From Scyliorhinus canicula (taxonomy: Eukaryota): 64,000 nucleotides of DNA. A model generated the notes under the pieces. That model did no database searches. It had not been told where the DNA came from and saw nothing but the letters and a program-made list of their open reading frames with translations. Positions 59,801 through 64,000 of the stretch are shown here, one piece after another (within the stretch, counting starts at the first letter, position 1; every line of letters begins with the position of its first letter). The stretch lies in contig NC_052163.1 of the NCBI RefSeq assembly GCF_902713615.1, positions 84,617,721 through 84,681,720 on the forward strand, given 5' to 3'. A program made the translations under genes and the position numbers.

Positions 59801-62800
59801 ACTCTGAAGGCAGTGATTAGGGGAGAGCTGATTTCCATCTGAGTCCATACGGAGAGGGTGGAGAGGAGGGAGAGGGAGAGACTGGTGGGGGAGCTGCTGT
59901 GTAGATAGGAGGTATGCGGAGGCCCCGGAGGAGGGATTGTTGGGGGAGCGGCGTAGCCTGCAGGCCAAGTTTGATTTACTGACCACCAGAAAGGTGGGGA
60001 CACAGTGGAGGAAGGTGCAGGGAGCGGTCTACGAATATGGGGAGAAGGCGAGCAGGATGCTGGCGCATCAGCTTCGCAAGCGGGACGCGGCTAGGGAGAT
60101 TGGTGGAGTGAAGGATAGGGGTGGGAATGTGGTGCGGAAGGGGGTAGAGGTTAATGGGGTCATCAGGGACTTCTACAGGGAACTGTACCGGTCGGAGACG
60201 CCGGTGGTGGGGGGTTGTGGGGGGGGGTGGGGGGGGGGGGGGGGGGGGGGGGTGGAGAGATTTTTGAACAGGCTGCAATTTCCAAGGGTGCAGGAGGAGC
60301 AGGTGGAGGGACTGGGGGCGCCGATCGAGTTGGAGGAGCTGGTTAGAGGGATTGGCCACATGCAGTCGGGGAAGGCGCCGGGACCGGATGGGTTCCCGGT
60401 TGAATTTTATAAAAAACATGCGGACCTGTTGGGCCCCCTGTTGGTTCGGACCTTTAACGAGGCATGGTAGGTGGGAGTTTTGCCCCCGACGATGTCACGG
60501 GCACTGATTTCCCTGATCCTGAAGCGAGATAAGGACCCCCTGCAGTGTGGATCATATAGGCCAATTTCACTGTTGAAAGTGGACGCAAAATTGCTGGCAA
60601 AGATCTTAGCCACTAGAGTAGAGGACTGTGTGCCGGGGGTGATACATGAAGATCAGACGGGATTTGAGAAGGGGAGGCAGCTGAACACTAACGTGCGAAG
60701 GCTGCTAAATGTGATAATGATGCCGGCGGCAGAAGGAGAGGCGGAGATTGTGATGGCATCAGATGCAGAGAAAGCCTTTGATAAGGTTGAGTGGGGGTAC
60801 TGGTGGGAGGTGTTAGAGAGGTTCGGGTTTGGGGAGGGGTTTATTAAATGGGTGAGTTTGCTATACGAGGCCCCGATGGCGAGTGTAGCGACAAATGGGA
60901 GGAGGTCCGAGTACTTCAGGCTCTACCGTGGGACAAGGCAGGGGTGCCCGCTGTCCCCCTTGCTTTTTGCGTTGGCAATTGAGCCTCTGGCCATGGCGCT
61001 AAGGGAGTCGGGGAGGTGCAGGGGTCTGGTGCAAGGTGGGGAGGAGCACCGAGTGTCACTTTATGCAGATGACTTGTTGCTGTATGTAGCAGACCCGGTG
61101 GGGGGTATGCCGGAGGTGATGGAGACTCTTGCTGAGTTTGGGAGTTTCTCGGGCTACAAGTTGAACCTGGGCAAGAGCGAGCTGTTTGTTGTACACCCGG
61201 GTGATCAGGAGGAGGGAATTGGTAGGCTCCCGCTAAAAAAGGCAGTGAGATGTTTTAGGTACCTGGGGGTTCAGGTGGCTAGGAGGTGGGGGACTTTGCA
61301 TAAGCTTAATTTTACTAGGTTGGTGGAGCAGATGGAGGAGGAGTTTAAAAGGTGGGACATGCTGCCGCTGTCGTTGGCGGGTAGAGTACAGTCCGTTAAA
61401 ATGACGGTGCTCCCAAGGTTTTTGTTTTTGTTCCAGTGCCTCCCCATCCTTATTCCGAGGGCCTTTTTTAGGAGGGTGAACAGCAGTATCACGGGATTTG
61501 TTTGGGCGCATGGGACTCCGAGGGTGAGGAGGGTCTTTTTGGAGCGGGGCAGGGATGGAGGGGGGCTGGCGCTGCCCAACCTCTCTGGGTACTATTGGGC
61601 AGCTAATGTCTCGATGGTACGCAAGTGGGTAATGGATGGGGAGGGGGCAGCATGGAAAAGGATGGAGATGGCGTCCTGCGGAGGCACGAGCCTGAAGGCA
61701 CTGGTAACGGCGCCGTTGCCGCTCCCTCCAACGAGGTACACCACGAGCCCGGTGGTGGCGGCTACCCTCAAGATTTGGGGGCAGTGGAGGCGACACAGGG
61801 GGGAAGTGGGGGGCTCGGTGGAGGCCCCGCTGCGGGGGAACCACCGGTTTGTCCCAGGGAACATTGATGGCAGGTTCCTGGGGTGGCACAGGGCGGGCAT
61901 AAGGAAGTTGGGAGACCTGTTCATTGACGAGAGGCTTGCGAGCCTGGGTGAGCTGGAGGAGAAGTTTGAGCTCCCCCCGAGGAATATATTCAGGTACCTT
62001 CAGGTCAAGGCGTGTGCTACGCGGCAGGTGGAGGGGTTCCCTTTGCTGCCCCCACGGGGGGTAAGGGATAGGGTGCTTTCGGGGGTGTGGGTCGGGGATG
62101 GGAAGGTGTCTGACATCTACCAGGTGATGCAGGAGGTGGAGGAGGCGTCGGTAGAGGAGCTGAAGGCTAAGTGGGAAGTGGAGCTGGGGGAGCAGATTGA
62201 GGAGGGGACATGGGCGAATGCCCTGGAGAGGGTGAACTCCTCCTCTTCATGTGCGAGGCTTAGCCTCATCCAGTTCAAGGTACTGCACAGGGCTCATATG
62301 TCCGGGACGAGGATGAGCAGGGTTTTTGGGGATGAGGACAGGTGCATTAGGTGTTCAGGGAGCCCAGCGAACCATGCCCATATGTTTTGGGCATGCCCGG
62401 CACTGTGGGAATTCTGGCAGGGGCTGGCAAGGAAAGTGTCGAGGGTGGTAGGGTCCAGGGTCAAGCCAGGCTGGGGGCATGCGATATTTGGGGTTGGGGT
62501 GGAGCCGGGAGTGCAGGAGGCGAAAGAGGCCGGTGTTTTGGCCTTTGCGTCCCTAATAGCCCGGCGGAGGATCTTGTTGCAATGGAAAGATGCGAGACCC
62601 CCAAGCGTGGAGACCTGGATCAATGACATGGCGGGATTCAATAAGCTGAAGAAGGTCAAATTCACCCTGAGGGGGTCGGTACAAGGGTTCTTTAGATGGT
62701 GGCAGCCTTTCCTTGACTTTCTGGCTCAACAATAGGGAACTGGGTCAGCAGCAGCGGCAACCCGGGGGGGAGGGGGGGGGTTTCAGGGGGGTATTGTTTA

Positions 62801-62962
62801 TGTTAATTTAATTTATTTTGTTGTTCATCAGGTTTGGGGGGGTGGGGGGGGGCTCGTTATATGCGTTATTACGGGTCCGGGGGGTGTTTATTATTGTTAT
62901 TATTATTGTTTTGTTGTTATACATTTTTCAAAAATTTCAATAAAAATTATTTATAAAAAAAA
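53855..62962 (+). mobile_element. L1/Tx1-like LINE nested in Gypsy, copy 2 (ORF1 53967-54725; 754-aa RT/C-terminal ORF 60471-62735)
   Basis: 17-bp TSD gagaagga(t/a)ttcagttg at 53838-53854 / 62963-62979, AATAAA and A-tail. The endonuclease region is disrupted. Confidence 0.92.
54936..58881 (-). mobile_element. CR1-type LINE with SGNH-esterase ORF1, antisense inside the L1-like element
   Basis: ORF1 fragments with IVIGDSIVRG and VVHIGTNDIG (58081-58843). ORF2 pieces at 57093-57944 (APE), 55869-56948 and 55040-55918 (RT). (ttcttat)n-like tail at 54936-54966. Confidence 0.92.
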
Positions 62963-64000
62963 GAGAAGGAATTCAGTTGAAGGAAGACGAACGAATGAAA
63001 AATGGACTATATTATTATACCTGTTTGCGTGTGTTTTTTTTAAACAAAAAAGTATATTTACTGTGTGCATTTCTTAAAGGATAGTGAGAAGGTGAAAAAT
63101 GAAACCATCTTGAAGTTGATGGTTTATTTTTTTTTTCTTGGGGGGAGATGTCATGCGAGAGTACCTTTAAGAAATGTGTGTTTAATAAATATACCTTTAA
63201 GAAATAGATGTTTATCAGTAATGTCAGAGTGTGGGTGGAGTTGGGCTGACTGTCAGCTTTTTACTTTTGTTTTAGGCTGTTTGCTGCAGGGTGTGTTTTA
63301 GTTTTGTTTTCAGCGTTGGAGCTGAAGCCAGACAAAGCAGGTGTACTGCTGTTCTCTCTGCCATGAAAAGACTATCTCTTGATCATTTGGTGAATTCAGA
63401 ATTTAAAATGTTTTCAGTAGTGAATGTAAACCTGATGTGCTTCTGTTAAAAGATGTTTCTTTTGTCTTCTGGATGTTGTTTGGGAAGTAATTAAGGATTA
63501 CTTAGTGTTGCATTCTTTGGGGGTTGTATTTGAATTGATGGTTGCTATGATGTTCACTGTATGTTTTAAAAAGGTTAACTTGAGTTCATAGAATAAACAT
63601 TGTTTTACTTTAAAAAAAATACTTTTCCATTTCTGCTGTACCACACCTGTAGAGTGGGCCGTGTGCTCCCCATACTACAATCTATTAAAAGTTGTCGGTC
63701 AGGTAAACTCCATGATACACTTTGGGGTTCTCTAACCCCTGGCCCATAACAATACCACGGGGATCTGTACTGGGTCCCCTATTATTTGTAATTTATATAA
63801 ATGACTTAGTTGACTATGTGGGTGGGGGGGGGGGGGGGGGGGGGTAGGATCAGTAAGTTTGCCGATGATACAAAGATTGGCCAGGTGGGTGACCGTGAGG
63901 TTGAGTATATTGGGTTACAGGAAGATATAGACGGGATGGTCAAGTAGGCAGAAAAGTGGCAGATGGAATTTAATCCTGAAGAGTGTGAGATGTTACACTT

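Larger units (their letters stand above)
45141..63751 (+). mobile_element. Gmr1-like Gypsy element, copy 2, with additional nested insertions
   Basis: LTRs at 45141-45735 and 63149-63751, same flanks and domain order as copy 1. CCHC knuckle CFHCNKLGHVKSQC in ORF 50392-50625. Confidence 0.88.

Noticed and set aside
3674-64000. The second copy as an uncollapsed haplotype (assembly artefact)
   Set aside because: C flanks are far too diverged, the CDRs differ extensively and a unique junction region links the copies, so paralogy fits better. Spanning long reads would settle it.

Overview
Eukaryotic DNA from a cartilaginous fish (elasmobranch, judged from HE1-type SINEs and the gene organisation). 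The window holds two tandem, minus-strand, unrearranged immunoglobulin light-chain miniclusters (leader-V-J-C), most likely sigma isotype, about 28.5-28.8 kb apart. Both have open exons, a 12-spacer V RSS, a 23-spacer J RSS, an octamer promoter and a poly(A) signal. The rest is mostly nested, degenerate transposable elements: a Gmr1-type Gypsy element, L1/Tx1-like, CR1 and Rex/Babar LINEs, Harbinger, SINEs and a Penelope-like hairpin. The main signal is the mosaic relationship between the clusters. The C exons differ at 2 of 323 nt, but their 3' UTRs and J-C introns are heavily diverged. From just inside the J-C intron upstream, the copies are about 97-98% identical (one sampled 300-nt stretch). 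The V exons have identical FR1 and FR3 but strongly different CDRs. This suggests gene conversion, unequal crossover and CDR diversification, and predicts a third C exon just beyond the window end. All alignments were done by eye; family names come from recalled motifs, not database searches.
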